A DNA stretch of 61,855 nucleotides, the filler included, from Choristocarpus tenellus KU-1152 (lineage: Eukaryota > Protista > Phaeophyceae): NCBI GenBank assembly GCA_964200185.2. It is 8 parts of 8 records of this genome, joined end to end, with 100 filler letters (N's around TTAATTAATTAA, not from the genome) between each part and the next. Parts side by side here need not be neighbours in the genome. Positions count along the whole stretch, not along the records: positions 36,276 to 39,710 come from CAXNAD020020046.1; positions 39,811 to 53,709 come from CAXNAD020001329.1; 6 more parts are not named here. The stretch is one strand, 5' to 3'. Under the pieces are notes generated by a model. The model did no database searches, was not told where the DNA came from, and worked only from the letters and a program-made list of their open reading frames with translations. Numbering within the stretch: position 1 is the first letter of the stretch; each line of letters starts with the position of its first letter. A program made the position numbers and the translations under genes. Positions 36,375 through 49,900 of this stretch are shown here, piece after piece.

Positions 36375-39119
36375 TTGTCAGACCAAGAATGACCACAACC
36401 CAGTGCATCCTTCTGTTTACTAGTAGGGACCAACCAAAAGCCTACATGCCCTTCACTGACACACTTACAAAGAAGAGGTAGAGTCCTTAAGAAATATCCA
36501 CCAGTCCTTACCTATTGAAGATACTTTGAAGTATTATTAACATTATCAAGGCACACTGAGTATCCATGATACAATTAAGCCCTCTGACATTTTGTAGATG
36601 TTTCAGGTAAAAGGCCAGTTCAATATCATATGGACCCCTGAAAAAAAGTAACAGTTGTTGTAACTGTGAAAGATATCTCTCTTTAATCAATTTACTGTCT
36701 GACTACCACCTCTACTACACCACTCCCATAAAAGCTCGTAGTCACAATGGGATGTGTACACTACTTCTATGCCTCCAACCTAGCTTAGCCCTACACAACT
36801 CGGTGAGGGCCTATGGAAGCATCCCAAGAATCGGACAGGCCTCTCCTTGCCCATCTCCCTGGTGACTCCAGCTTAAAACACATGACACTGAGTGTTGTCC
36901 TGGCAAATCCCGACCAATGCTTAATCATTCAGTTTGTTTTGTGGGATAGGGTTAGGGTTAGGATTAGGGTTAGCTAGTCTTTGGAAAGTGCGATTCTTGG
37001 GAGTGGTAGTGAAAGTAGCTCATTTGGCACCTCACTTGGTCTCTGCAGCTTCCACATACTTAGCGAGGTGCTCACGCATCATGTGATTGGCCATCAGCCA
37101 ACCTTTTCGGAGTCGCCTGCAGCAGAAGAGGTGATTGAAGATGCAAGAGTCATTTGGAGACACAAGGGGAGAGGTGCAGCAACTGAGAGTTGAAACTCCT
37201 GAAGCATCAGTGGGCTGCTGGGTGACATTCTCTGGAATAGAGTTCACCCACTGCATAACACACTCGAACCATTGTGCATGTAGTGGTATACCTTAGAACT
37301 CTGGAGCACTTAAGAATAAGGCAGAGGGTGGACAGGGCGTTGGTTGGGTGAACAGCAAGAACTAGGTGGGCTTACATGCAAATCACACTGTGAGGTCAGT
37401 TCTGTCTACCTTTCTTTGAACTCGACGACATTGCACCTGAGATAAATGACGTTCATTGCCTTCTGGTCCGCAGTCATTGGTCGGGCTTTCAACCCTCGTC
37501 TGGGCGCTTCCGGTGGGAAGTTGTATGCAAGTGAGGGCATCACCTGAAGGAAGGACAAGCACACAAAACATGTGCTGAAAGAGGAGGAAGAGCAAGCAAG
37601 CGATTGGAAATAGCAATGCCAGGAACACATGCGACATGCAACAGGCACAAAGCTTCGGTTACACCTTGGGGCGTTTTCTGTGGCACATTCTCTGCATGTC
37701 AACTAGTTTGCATGAATTGCAGCTCAATTTTAGCTGGGTCCACACTTCGAAATGCAAGGCAAATGCAAGTGATCGAAAAAGGGAAGTCGGCCCCCTTTGA
37801 TTTCGGTTGAAACTAGCAACACCATGCCAGCTCATCTGTAGTTGTGCCCTTGCTTTTTCTTTTTTTTCTTTCATATTTGTTTTTGTAATCGTGGGACATC
37901 TATTCTTACAAGGCTTCAAAACACACCATGTGTCGGGGTTGACTGTTACCCTCTTCCTCTTCTGCTTCCAAAAACTGTTGTGTGGCCCCACTGAGAGTCT
38001 GGACCTCCTCTGGGGCTAGTTTGATGAACTTGAAGGTATGGTGGGGAAAAGACCACTTCTTGAATGCGTCAAACATGCATTGTGGCCCTGCTTTGACCTT
38101 CAAGTGATAAAAACAGTTGACATGAGATTGTGATAATAATGTTTGTTTGACATGAGAGTGTCTAGCTCATTCAAGGCAGTTTATATCACACATGGTCCTA
38201 GAACGGTTGCAGATTTAGAGTACTGTCTGAATCAAGCAAAAGTATGTGTTAACATATGGCGGGCACAACATATGGGATTGCACTATTTGTCCCCACAACA
38301 AGGCATTCCCCTTAAGAATTTAGTGTTGTAAATGGACTTTTTCTGAAAATTTCATCATCGGTGCACTAATTTTCAGTCAAAGTACGCAATGCAAGCACAA
38401 GATGAGTTGCATAAAGCATTGCAAGGCTGAAAGACCCCAGTGCCGGTGGGGGTTCCACTGGAGGGCCAACTTTGGTAGACACTCTCATTTCTGTGCTCTG
38501 TCTTTTCCCTCCTTTGTAAGTATTTTCTTGTCATAACCGACACTGACTATAGACTAATGTTTTCTTCAAAAGGACGAAGAAAACTGAGCAGCTGAGGAGA
38601 GGACAACTAAAAACTATTTGATTGATTAATGGCTACACGCTGGTGCTGCCACTGGAGTTTGTCAGCTGGGAGCCGGCATGCATCCACCTTTAGCTGGACA
38701 CTGTGCAAAATACAATGATCTCCACAGTTCCCGGTTAAGATGGCATTGTCAACAACCTGCAGTGGGACAGTAAAGGTTTATGGGCGAGTCTTGCTGAGCT
38801 TGGGGGATTGGTCTAGGACATTGTGATGGCCTAGAATACTGTGTGTCATGTTTAAATACAAGATGGTAAGATTAGTTTTGAGCAGCAACATGCCCAATGG
38901 ACAAGAATTGTAGCAACAGTGCAAAGGGTGGGCTGAGCAAGACATAAAAAGATGCTTTGTCAAACTGTCTCACCGAGAGTGTCTGGTAGTCCATGGCAAT
39001 GAGGTGGCAGAGGAGAAAAGTTGTTTCCTTAGACTGGAAGAAAGTTTCTGCAAGTTAGTATCAGCTGGACCAGGACCTGCCGTTTCCTCCTTCTTGCCCT
39101 CCAACTAGCTAAATGCTTC

Positions 39120-39520
39120 TCTGTGCCCATGTTTGGAGCACTGAAGACAACTCCTTGGACTGATTGTTGGTCTTTAATCCCTTGCCTAGATTTTTACCCA
39201 CACGAAATCCTTGTTGCCACACACAAGATGAAGCACATTGCCACAGTGTGTTTTCTGCCCCTTGCTTATACTTCCAAATGCTCCAAGATAGGAGCCCTCA
39301 ACCCAGTGGGGTTATTTCTTGTCCACAACCAAAAAATATTAATTTCTAAATACTGCATCATGACCTGAGACTCAAAGTTTGGTTCCTTCTGTACCATCAC
39401 GTGCCCCGTTGTTCTCCTCATCACCCTTCTCCTCGAGTGGGAGAGCATAGGCGGAGTATTGAGCACAGTCATACTTCAAAATCTAGGTATACCTCCAATG
39501 TACTCAGAGACCACAGAGTC
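39120..39520 (-). pseudogene. Possible decayed Ty1/Copia RT-RNaseH relic
   Basis: Frameshifted fragments EYIGGIPRF..SMTVLNTP, SKGQKT and IKTNNQS loosely resemble Copia RT/RNaseH motifs. Confidence 0.3.
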
Positions 39521-39710
39521 AGTCCACTTCCGCGCTCACGGTCACGGGAACATTGTGGAGGTGGTAGCTGCACAAATCCCCAAATAGTAATCTAATCGAC
39601 AAACAATAAGTCTTTTTTGGATCAAATGATTGTTTCTTTGTTTCAAACAATGAATTGGGTTGCTTTAATCGCTGTGGTTATCAAAGACCCAAAGTATCTG
39701 GGAGGGGGGG

Positions 39711-39810
39711 NNNNNNNNNNNNNNNNNNNNNNNNNNNNNNNNNNNNNNNNNNNNTTAATTAATTAANNNNNNNNNNNNNNNNNNNNNNNNNNNNNNNNNN
39801 NNNNNNNNNN
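39711..39810. other. Artificial contig spacer
   Basis: N44-TTAATTAATTAA-N44; preceded by a MITE terminus GACCCAAAGTATCTGGG at 39686. Confidence 0.98.
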
Positions 39811-40495
39811 GGTTCCGATAAGACGGGAGGTGTGCGAACAGAAATGCCCTCTCGGGTCTTTTTTTTTTTCTTGATGCATCCATCCATCACCATCACCGTC
39901 ACCATCACTATCACCATCCCCATCACAGAACAACAACAACAAAAAAAGACAGTGACTGACGCCTCAAGTTCTCGTTGTAGTGCATGCGCAGGTACAACTG
40001 TGCATGCGCACTCAACACTATGTTTGCGCCTATAACACTTGCCTATAACACTTGAGACAAAAACGAGCGTTGCGTGTACAGCAACACTCCGATCCGAAGC
40101 ATCCACGACGCCACTATGTTTGCTTCCACAACACACTTACTGAGCGAATCGGTAAAACGCTGTGTTAGGAAGGCGTACTGTCGTCCAAGGGGCGCGCGCA
40201 CAGAACGCACGAAATATATATATTTTTTCTCTTCCAAAGCAGGTCCCACACGGAGAACTACCCTCGTGGTTACAATCGTGGCATGTGGCATTCAGTTGGT
40301 AATAAAGGTCAAACATCAATCAGGCAACAACAATAATAGCAGAGAGATCGTGGAATGCGGGTAGTTTGGGCAAAAAGGGTCAAATCCATCAGGAAAGAAG
40401 AACGTGCTGTTCCATTGGGGCAGAATTGTCGGCGCACCCGGAATGCCTCTTTTGAAGGGAATAATAGGTGGGGGAAGGGGGGAGGGGGGGGGCAC

Positions 40496-43372
40496 CTGCA
40501 GAGTGATGCACTCTGTGTTCACATCAAGGGTCAGCAGTCCGTAGCCTGCTGCTACAAAATCATTTATCAGCCGCACAACTGGGATGTTAAACCTCTTCTC
40601 CACCTGAAGGGGAGGTCAAGAAAGGTTGGTGGTTGGGGGGGGGAGTGACATCAAAATGAGTAGTAAGGAGAGAGAGAGGTTTTGGGTGGAAAAAATCCCA
40701 CAAGTTGAGGTGTGAGTCTTGGGCAGGACATTCTAACAACACAGAACCGTGCTGAGCAGTCCAGATCGAGGCATTGCCATGAGGTATGACTCACCTCACT
40801 AATACCTCTCCGTCGTCTGAGGTGAAAACCGATCTCATTCTTTAGGGGGTCGATACGTGTGGATCAGTGACCACAGTCTAGTTTGGTTTTCCCTCCCACT
40901 GATCTTGTCTTAACACACTGACATTGACATAAATAACACAGGGAGATGTTCACAATCGGCAGTCCAAACAGTCACAACCTACTCTGCAAATAACTTGGGA
41001 ACCCTCCACAGAGTCTTCACTACATTAAAGAGCTCAATGTACTGCAGAATAACATTACATGTATTGGAAAAAAGAAAAAAAAAACTCTTACATCGCCAGT
41101 TAACCCACTCTCTCCCACAACGCATGAACTACTACTACTTTGTGCTACCCCTTTTCCCAAATACCGCGTACCGAATGTAGAGCCCAGTCTGCTCTAGGCA
41201 GCAACAAACGCATCCTCACAACTGACAACAAATCACCCACATATATATGTCTCACACCAGAACAACACTCCTCCCAATGCTCTCACGGCGGCGATCGAAT
41301 CCAATAACAACCAAAAAAAAAAATAACACCAACACAGAGGTTTGTTCACAGTGCGGCATGTCGCCGGCCGAGTCCTCCATCTCTCAACTACTACGTAACA
41401 CTCGCCCCGGAGATGGTGTCGATATATTTATTCTTATTTTTCCAGGCCCCAGAAAAAAAAAACAATAAAATATACGGGTAACGCCTGCGATGCTCCTTAC
41501 CTCGCAGCCGTCGACCAACCAGTTGCGGTTGGTCATCATGCACTTGTTATTGGTAACTGGACCCGCAACCGCAAAGCACGCAGCCGATGGGGGCTCCGTG
41601 CAACCGACATCCTTTCCAGAGAGCATAATAGCGGGGCATGGGAGGAGATTTTTTTTTGGTTTAAATCAATCACAGTTCTGCTTCGTTGCAAGGTGTCATG
41701 TCATGTCAATCCGGACCCCTCCAGTTGCATCACGCCTTTTCCAAACCCTCGCGATCGGTTAATTCCCGGGGGTGGGGGACTAGTTCGCGCCAAAAAAATT
41801 GTGTGCGTGTGGCAGCTGGGCACTGCCATCTGAAAGACAACGGGATTGACAAGGTTACTCACAGGCCAACAGTTGGAGCCGTATGTGGTGCTCAAGGGGC
41901 AAATAGGGCAGAGTTAGGGGTGGAGGCGTAGCAATATTCAAATTTTGATAACATTGAAGAGGACTCGTGGCAGAGATCAGGGCAACAGGTGGCCCCACAA
42001 GGTTGCCGTCCTCTTGGCAGACATTAGGTTTTGTGGGTCTGACATACATCACCATTTGAATCAGCAGTCTGCCATAAACCTCATGATTGCCTTGGTAGCA
42101 CAGAATATTGTGAAACAGCAAGTACAGGCATCAGTGCTGTGGTTGTAGAGGGATCACTTTCTGGATTTCATCAAGCAAGATAACATGGCGAAGATGGAAT
42201 GCCTCAGATGTTGGGTAGATAAATCTGTGCTGGGAAACACTTCTGTAGGGGGTGATGCTGCCTCTTCCCTTGATACAAACAGCTCTATTCCAACAGCGTC
42301 ACTCACAAACCATGGCTTTGATGACTCATTCCACACTCACCTTGCTTATACTTCTACAACTAATGGTAGCACCTGGTGATGTTGAAGTACTTAAATCAAG
42401 TCATAATACTACACTTCATCAAGGTGCCCAATCAACTGGATGTATCAGACTTAGTGACATCATGGCAAATTTTCCTCTTTATAAGGCCAAGTCCTTCTTG
42501 GTTGAGAGCTGGAGCTAATACAAAATAATAATACAAAAGAACATCTACATCAGATGCAGCAAGGGTCTATTTGCTGAAGGAGTAGCTACATCTTCACCCC
42601 TGGTAGCTGGAGTCGATGATATCATAATTGCAATATTTCAAACTCTTTGGGGTAATTCTGCAGTCTGCATTGACATTGAGTTGACGTGGGATGTCATCTA
42701 ACTATTTCGTTCAGCGAACGATCTATAGATTCATTGTGGAAGAACTTTTCACTAAAACGGATCTACAGCAGTATCAACCCACCCAAGACAGAAATTACCA
42801 AACCTGCTGCGTGACTAACCTTCAAGAAGGCAGAGACCTGTGCGCAGAATGTTGGCACGTTCTCGTTGGGGTAGACCTGGTTTTGGATCAGATTGCCAGG
42901 AGCACTGTCCAAGAAGGGGTGTCGGTCAAGTAAGTGCGTTGGTGAAGATGCATTTGTCACCGAAGATCTCACTAGGTACAGCAAGGGATAATGAGTGGTC
43001 AAGCGTATGAGCAGGGAAATGACAGTGGGGCAATATTCTCCAATAACAGATCGTACCGTCTGGCAGGCTGTACAGTAAATATGGGGAGTGTGGAAAGCTC
43101 CACACACGTGAGCATCAATTCAAATCTGAATATTTGCCGACTCGAAAAGGCTCAATTATCGAAAAATTCACTTCCGCTCTTCTTCCAGACAAGAGAATGT
43201 GTCCTTAATTTCCACCTACACCTCAATAACAACCACGATTCGTCGTGAAAGTGCAAAAATGAGGTTCGGAAGATCACCGTTGTCCTTGATGAAGTTGCTC
43301 AGAGTCAGTGACCTCGAAGAGCATAAACCTTGAGTTGGTTCCACCGATATCTCCAGCCAAAATTGTCCGCAT
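40496..43372 (-). CDS. glk: Glucokinase, bacterial Glk family (partial); exons 43278-43372, 42820-42904, 41501-41611, 40496-40603; remainder not found before the contig end
   Basis: ILAGDIGGTNSRF, ACFAVAGPV..N.CMMTNRNW and VRLINDFVAAGYG motifs; phase-compatible GT-AG junctions. Confidence 0.9.
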
Positions 43373-43923
43373 CCTCTCACTTTGTCTGTAACCACGGAGA
43401 GGAGGATTTGAAATTTCAATTCGAGGGTTGACCAACAAGCACTTCCCTAGAGCTGGAGACACATCTTCTCTACATAGTACACTGCTACGGTCGCAAGAAC
43501 CCATCTCGGGAGAGAGAACCGCATACTAACTGAGGAAACGGCGCTCAGCCTGTACGTTGACAGAAGACAAGGAAGATGCCGTTTCACAGAGGATGTGGGA
43601 GGGAGAAGTTATTGGGTAGGGGAACAGTATCTTCCTACCTGGTGGTACAAATAGATTGACGGTGTGACTGTTTTCTGTAGTTCAAGGGGTGTAAGGTGGG
43701 TAATGGACAAGGAAGGACCACGCAAATGGCGCCCTCTCCTTCTGACCACTTGCCACCTACACACCACAAGACACAGAGAGCCAATGTCACGATCACGAAC
43801 GCCTTTAACAAACAATTTTTTGTGCAAGTGAAGAAAAACATACCACAGGGCGCTCCGCAAACGCCCTGTAGCTCTCGTAGCATATTGTTTACTTACTCCC
43901 TCCCTCAACTATGACAGACGATC

Positions 43924-46900
43924 ATGGACTGGGACAAGGACGTGGAGGTGGAAGTATGGGCTTTACCGTTTCCCTTCTTATCGACTACTGCCAGACCGGA
44001 CCTTGTATCCATTGGTAAGGCAGTACTTTGGGTGGGGAAACAATCGCATGCTGTTGACGATGACGAGAACTGTGAGACCATTCCTTACATAGACCTCATC
44101 CTTTCGAAAGATCAGCATTTGGCAGAGATTTCCTTGAGGTCGGTGTCATCACCAGAAACAGAATCAATTTGTCAATCTTGGTTCCCAATTGAGCTTCGTC
44201 CACTGCCACCACAGTGGACGACAAAGTTGAGAACTTTTGATAACCCAGCAACAAGACCCGTCCTCCTATCTTCCAGTCTAGCGGAAACTATTGGCTGGGG
44301 TTGTAGTAATGAGGAATCAGATTCATGTGGAGGAAGAATTATGCTGCGACCGCTGCGGTGTGCTCCTTCGGCCACAGTAGTGCTGCTGCGAGGTCCGTAC
44401 CCTCTACGACAACAGGCGATTACAACTTCATGTATTGACACGTCAACGAAGGATGTTGGCGAGGGTCTATCTTCAGAAAGCCTTACGCTAGCACTTTCGT
44501 CGGTGCTACCGTCCATGCTGAAGGATTCTATTGTCGCTAATGGTTTAGTTCTCATGGTATGTGGCTTGTACAGGGTGGTTGTCACGTCCATCGAAACAGT
44601 GAACAAAGGCAACCAAGAGGTGTTTGAGATGAAGGCTGCAAAGGTATGCGATACTACGGAGGTACAATTGCTCGCGCCGACGATCTCAATCTCGAATATG
44701 CAAGCAAAGTTGCAGGAAAGAGGCTCCCTTGGAAATCGAATGGGAAGATACGGATTGGACGCCAAGATGAAGGCAGACTGGATGATGCTCCATGCCACAG
44801 AGGTTACCTCCCCTATTGGAGAGTTGGAATGGCTCCAACTTGTCGGGCGGGACTTTGGCGGTAGTGATAGGGTGGCTGCAGCTGCTGTTGGAGCCGCTAG
44901 CACATATCTGAAAGGAGGTCGATCAGGGATGGAGCCTGGGCAGGGCTGCCTCATCTGTGGGCCAACAGGAACAGGAAAGACTCTCCTCGCCAGGCAAGCT
45001 TGCCTCCAGACCTGTGACTCTCACCTCACCTACCTACTCCAATGAGAAGGAGAATGATATAGGTACTCATTCGTCTGCCTTCTGTTGCCCCACACACCTC
45101 ACCTCCCCACCTCAACAAAGATGTTGCAGCAGATAGAGTACATTTTGTAAGGAATGCCTTTTCGAGTTTGGTGTACCATCTCTCTTCAATGTTCCCAAAT
45201 TTTTGGGAGTGCAATGACCTGACAATCAGCATTGTTTTTAGGTAGCCTGCCCATCTTCCTCGACATTCACCCGTGGGTCTCTGGAAACATGCGGTCCTGT
45301 GTGTCAGATCAGTGGCTAAGTGCTCTGGATTGCCTTCGTTCTTCTTAGATTGTTCTTCTGTATTCAGACGAGACCGTGGTGAGGCCGAACGCTACTTGCA
45401 GGTGAGGTTTTCGAGAACTAGAGCATTCAGTGCGACCTGCAAGTGCATGTATCGATGGGTGTGTAATTTTTCGTTGACAATGGCCTCTTGTCCAGAAGAT
45501 GGGGATAGCGTTTCAGAGAGGGTTACTATTGAATGACGCACCCGAGTGATCTGAGGTCAGTGTGACGGTTTAGATTTTCAAGTGTGACACTGGGATTTCC
45601 CGAGTTGCAAATATGATTTTGAAGTATATATATTCAGTTTGATATGGGAGACTTTTGAATCCTGGTTGTCGATTTATGATAGTGTTGGAGACAATGACTT
45701 ACAAGCATCAGTGTGCATTGAACAGCCCAAAGCATAGGAGAAGGTCGAGGCAAATTAGAACCTTTTTGTCATATAGGTACTTGCTGTGTGTTGCTGATAG
45801 AAACTTGTGGCACATCTGCACTTCTTCCTGACCCAAGCTGCCTACCCCCTTTTTCCCTAGGAATTCCTAGAGAGGGCAGAGGCGCACTCGCCATCACTGG
45901 TGGTTCTGGACCAGGTGGAGGCCATCAGCCGTAAGCGGACCGAGGTTGGGGGCATTACCGAGTTGCAGGTACCACCAAGGGATGATGATAGTTTGTTGCT
46001 CTTCCTCGGTTTCCCACTTGACCCCTTTGACATGTTTTCCAACATCCCGCATGTATTGGTGTGGGTTGTCCACACAGGGTAATCTCTTGCCATGCACAGC
46101 GAGAGGGGAGTCTAGTCCGTATACTGATCCACATGAAATTGCAGCTTCTCATAACCCTGGGTTGGTCCGTAGGTAATTTGTCCTGAAGACCCGTGGAATG
46201 CTGCGACGGGTACGTGTTGTAGAGGGAACCTGTGTGGATAGTACTTTTGGGAGTAGGGAGTGGCTTCGAATACCAATGGCTTTGGGGGGGTTTTCCAAAG
46301 TTCTTGTAGTTTGAGGAGTACCTGCTACTGCATGGGGTGTAGCAGTTAAGTGTTGCGCTTTTGTTGATTCTGGTTGCCCGCTGCAACTAGTTGGTTACAC
46401 AGCTCACAGCTTGAAGTATTTTGAGTTGAAATCTTGTGTTGCCTTGAGGCACTGGCAGGGCCTGGATGATGCCCAAGTCCGGGTCCCTGAAGGACTCTTT
46501 TCTTGTAACCGTCCAAAGGCATATTAAACGGCATTTGTTTCTCTCAGGGCGCATGGACCAACTCATTTTGGTTATCAGCTCGGTGTGCAACACTGAGATG
46601 TGTTCTGCTCCGGAATATGTAACACACTAGTGGATCTTCATCCCATGCTGCAGTATCACTTCCCCTTAATGCGTCTTTTTTGTAGAGGTGGGGGTAGGCA
46701 GGGGCCAGACACCTTGCTGGTATCAAGGAAACCCCAAGTGTTTTGCTGATGATGCTGTGGCCTTCTTGCAGGTCTGTCATGACTTTCCGTAGTTCACCGT
46801 GTGTATGATCAACTACTACAAGTAATAGGATTGAGCACCATGTCCTCAAGTGTTTGAAGCGAGTTGGCCTCAGCTCCCCTCCCGATTTTACCGTGTTGCC

Positions 46901-49900
46901 ACACCTAGGAATTAGTGCTGAAGATCTTGCCATCAGACCCTCCAATATAAATGGATAAAAACCCGTTTGGGATTCATTGTTACATTGCGATGCCCTTGGT
47001 CGATGTTAATGTCTGTGTCTTAACGCGTATATATTTGGTGTATTTGCCGTTTGTGCTTTTTTGTTTGTGACCTTTTCACCCTTTGTGAAACACTTCCCCG
47101 GCTGACTGCACTTGATGTTCGGATGTATCTGTTCACGGAGTTGATTGATCGTGCCTTGCTAGAGTTCGATCCCAGCTTCAATGACTCCCCTCCCCTCCCC
47201 CTTCACTCCGAAAGGTGTTCTCTGTGCTCCTGGAAGGCATGGATAAGCTTCGGCGTTCCATCTGGTCAAGCAATCGATTCAGCGCCGCCACCAAGACCCT
47301 CTCCTCCCAACCTATCTCAGGTCCCCGGCGTGTCTTCTTCTTATGCACCTGCCCAGATCCAGGTGTACTGGACAGATCCCTGCTACAGAGAGGTCGACTG
47401 GAGCTCATCCTCAGCCTTGGGGGGCTGGATGAAGCCGGAAGGGCATCTGTGCTGTCTCTGCACACTCAGGATATGCCACTCCAACTCCGGACTGAAGTGG
47501 AGACCTTTAAGGGGGTGGAGGACACAGCAATTACCAAGGAAGGAAGTTCCTTGGCACGAGGGGCTTGTACACTGCAGAGGACTGCAGGGGGTGCAGGGCA
47601 TGGTGATAGGATGTCAGGAACAAGGGTGCAGGAGGCACCCACTGGTTTGTCGGCGATGGATGCAGATTCACAAGGGGGGCAAAGGCAGAGACTAACAGCT
47701 GATTGGTCGGAGGGGTGTATCAGCGACCAGGTGACTCTCCCAATATCCCGCGAAGACTTTGTGATGTCTGTGAGCAGAAGGTGTCATGGATATGTGGGTT
47801 CAGATCTCCAGCGCCTGTGCCGTGAAGCAGCCATGCACCACATGAATGCTTCCATGCAACTCGGGGAGGAGGGAGGGGGTGTTCGCCTGGAAGATTTTTG
47901 GGCAGCACTCGATATTGTTCGGCCGGCTTCTCTAGCAGGGCATGTTCTGTGGGATACATCTGTTGAAGCAGAGGTAGGGTGGGAGGGGCCTGAAGCAAGT
48001 GGGTGGGGGTGCTCACCAACAGATAGTGGGAGCAAACTTTACTGTGATTGTTTTTTGCTGGTACTTTAGGAAACGTCCAACACAGTCACGTCCACTTAGG
48101 CCCCTTCTATTGCTTCTGTGAACAAATCGATCTCTGCCAAACATTCTCCTTTGTTCTCCTTCCCAATTCCACTCTAGGTGTGTGTCTTCTGCAATGGCCC
48201 ATCCTATCCTGGGCCCACACCATCCCACCTCTCCTCCACCAGAACACCCATCTCACTAAGCAGAGATGCCTGGCAGAAGTTCAAATCCCATGCCACTTTT
48301 GACCGTGCCCGCAATGACCCCTGCCCCACTCTCACTACACCCCTCGCATCCATCAGATGGCAACAGCAACTTATTCCCCACTCTTTGGCTGTGAGGGTGC
48401 CATGTCGGAGCTGTGTTCGTCCCTGTTAGTACCTCTGGCCAACCCGTCTCTCCTCCGGAAGTTGGGGTTGCGGCCTTCAACCGGAGCGCTTCTTTACGGG
48501 CCCCACGGGTGTGGGAAGACCAGCATGGCGAGAGCCCTTGCACGAGAGGCGAGGGGGCTGGCAAACTTCCTGCATGTGCAGTGCACAGACCTTGTGGATA
48601 AGGTGATTGCAAACATGCTGGGGGTGGGTGTGATAGTCGGGAGTTCTTGTTGCCCGTTTGAAAAAAAAAAATTGCCAAGGGAGTTCTGGCAGTCCTTTTA
48701 GTCCCGAGTTACCTACAGGGTAGCTTGTAAAGTGCCTGTTCTGGGAGGTCCAGATTCATAGGGGATGACTAGAGACACCAAAACAGTGTCAATCTGACCT
48801 ACTCTGTATAGGCTTTCGCAAACCTCCTATCTCTGTTACAGTCCTTCAAAACTGAGTTTCCCAGGGTAACTCTGGTAGTATAGTGAGAATAGAATTTCAC
48901 TTGTTTGTGGTTTTGTTATCCAGTCACACAATATTGTAGATGGGAAGAGTGTTTGGACTTACATAGGCCAGCGCCTTGTCAACCGCATGACTTTCAAATT
49001 GTTTGTGTTGCAAATAGATATTCATATTTTTCTATCATCACACACACACACACACACACACACATGGAACAATCCTATCCCTTCTGCCCCCCTCACCAAT
49101 TTCCCCACTTCTACCGTAACTTGAGGCAGGTTGTGGGCCGGTCAGAGCGTTCTGTGTCTGAACTTTTTGCTGCAGCCAGGGCTGCAGCGCCTTGCATCTT
49201 GTTCCTAGACCAGGTTAGGACACTGAAAAGTAGAAGAGGCTGAGGTGTAGGTTGGAGCTCCAGTCAACTACTGTTGTCCTACTGCCTCTTCTTTTGCTGC
49301 TTTCAGACAAACTGTGGTGCCTCCTCAGTCTTTTGCTGCTCTCTTGACTGAGCAGCCCACACGTGCGTATGCGTGACCTAATCAACCGTAGCTTACCCCA
49401 CTGCAATCTACCCTGCCACTGTAACATTACTCTTCATTGTTATTACTATCCTTGTCCAGGTTGAGGGTGTGGCTGCGCGAAGGGGATACCACTCATCATC
49501 AGAGCAGACATTTGACCGTATACTAAGCACCCTTCTGGTAGAGATGGACGGGGTGAGGATAGGGTAGTTGGGGGTTGTGAGGTATTTTGGCCCTGTGGTT
49601 GTTCCGAGCCTTTCAGACTTTTAGGAAAAATACTGGTATCTTAGTTTTGTGTAGAGTATAGGAAGGAGGTGATTTGGAGTGAAACTATTCTAGGATAATG
49701 TACTGTGTTGGATGAGCTCTGGATGTCAAGAGGATGTCTTGGAGGTAGGTGGACAGGTAGGTAAGTAGTGTTCGAATTGAGGTTGAGTTGTTTTGAGGTG
49801 TTAGCTGTCTTGATGCTTCCGTTGGGCTCTCTTGCAGGCCCTCCCACCTCTTACTTGAACATTGTCCTGCCACTACCTCTTTAACATTACCCCCCCCCCC

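Noticed and set aside
34240-38110. Fragmented ORFs with Cys/His clusters (possible transposase relics at ~34400-34830, ~35400-35800, ~37400-38100)
   Set aside because: Multiple stops and frameshifts with no assignable catalytic motif; needs a translated search against TE libraries
44172-44954. 260-aa minus-strand ORF
   Set aside because: Antisense shadow of AAA exon 1
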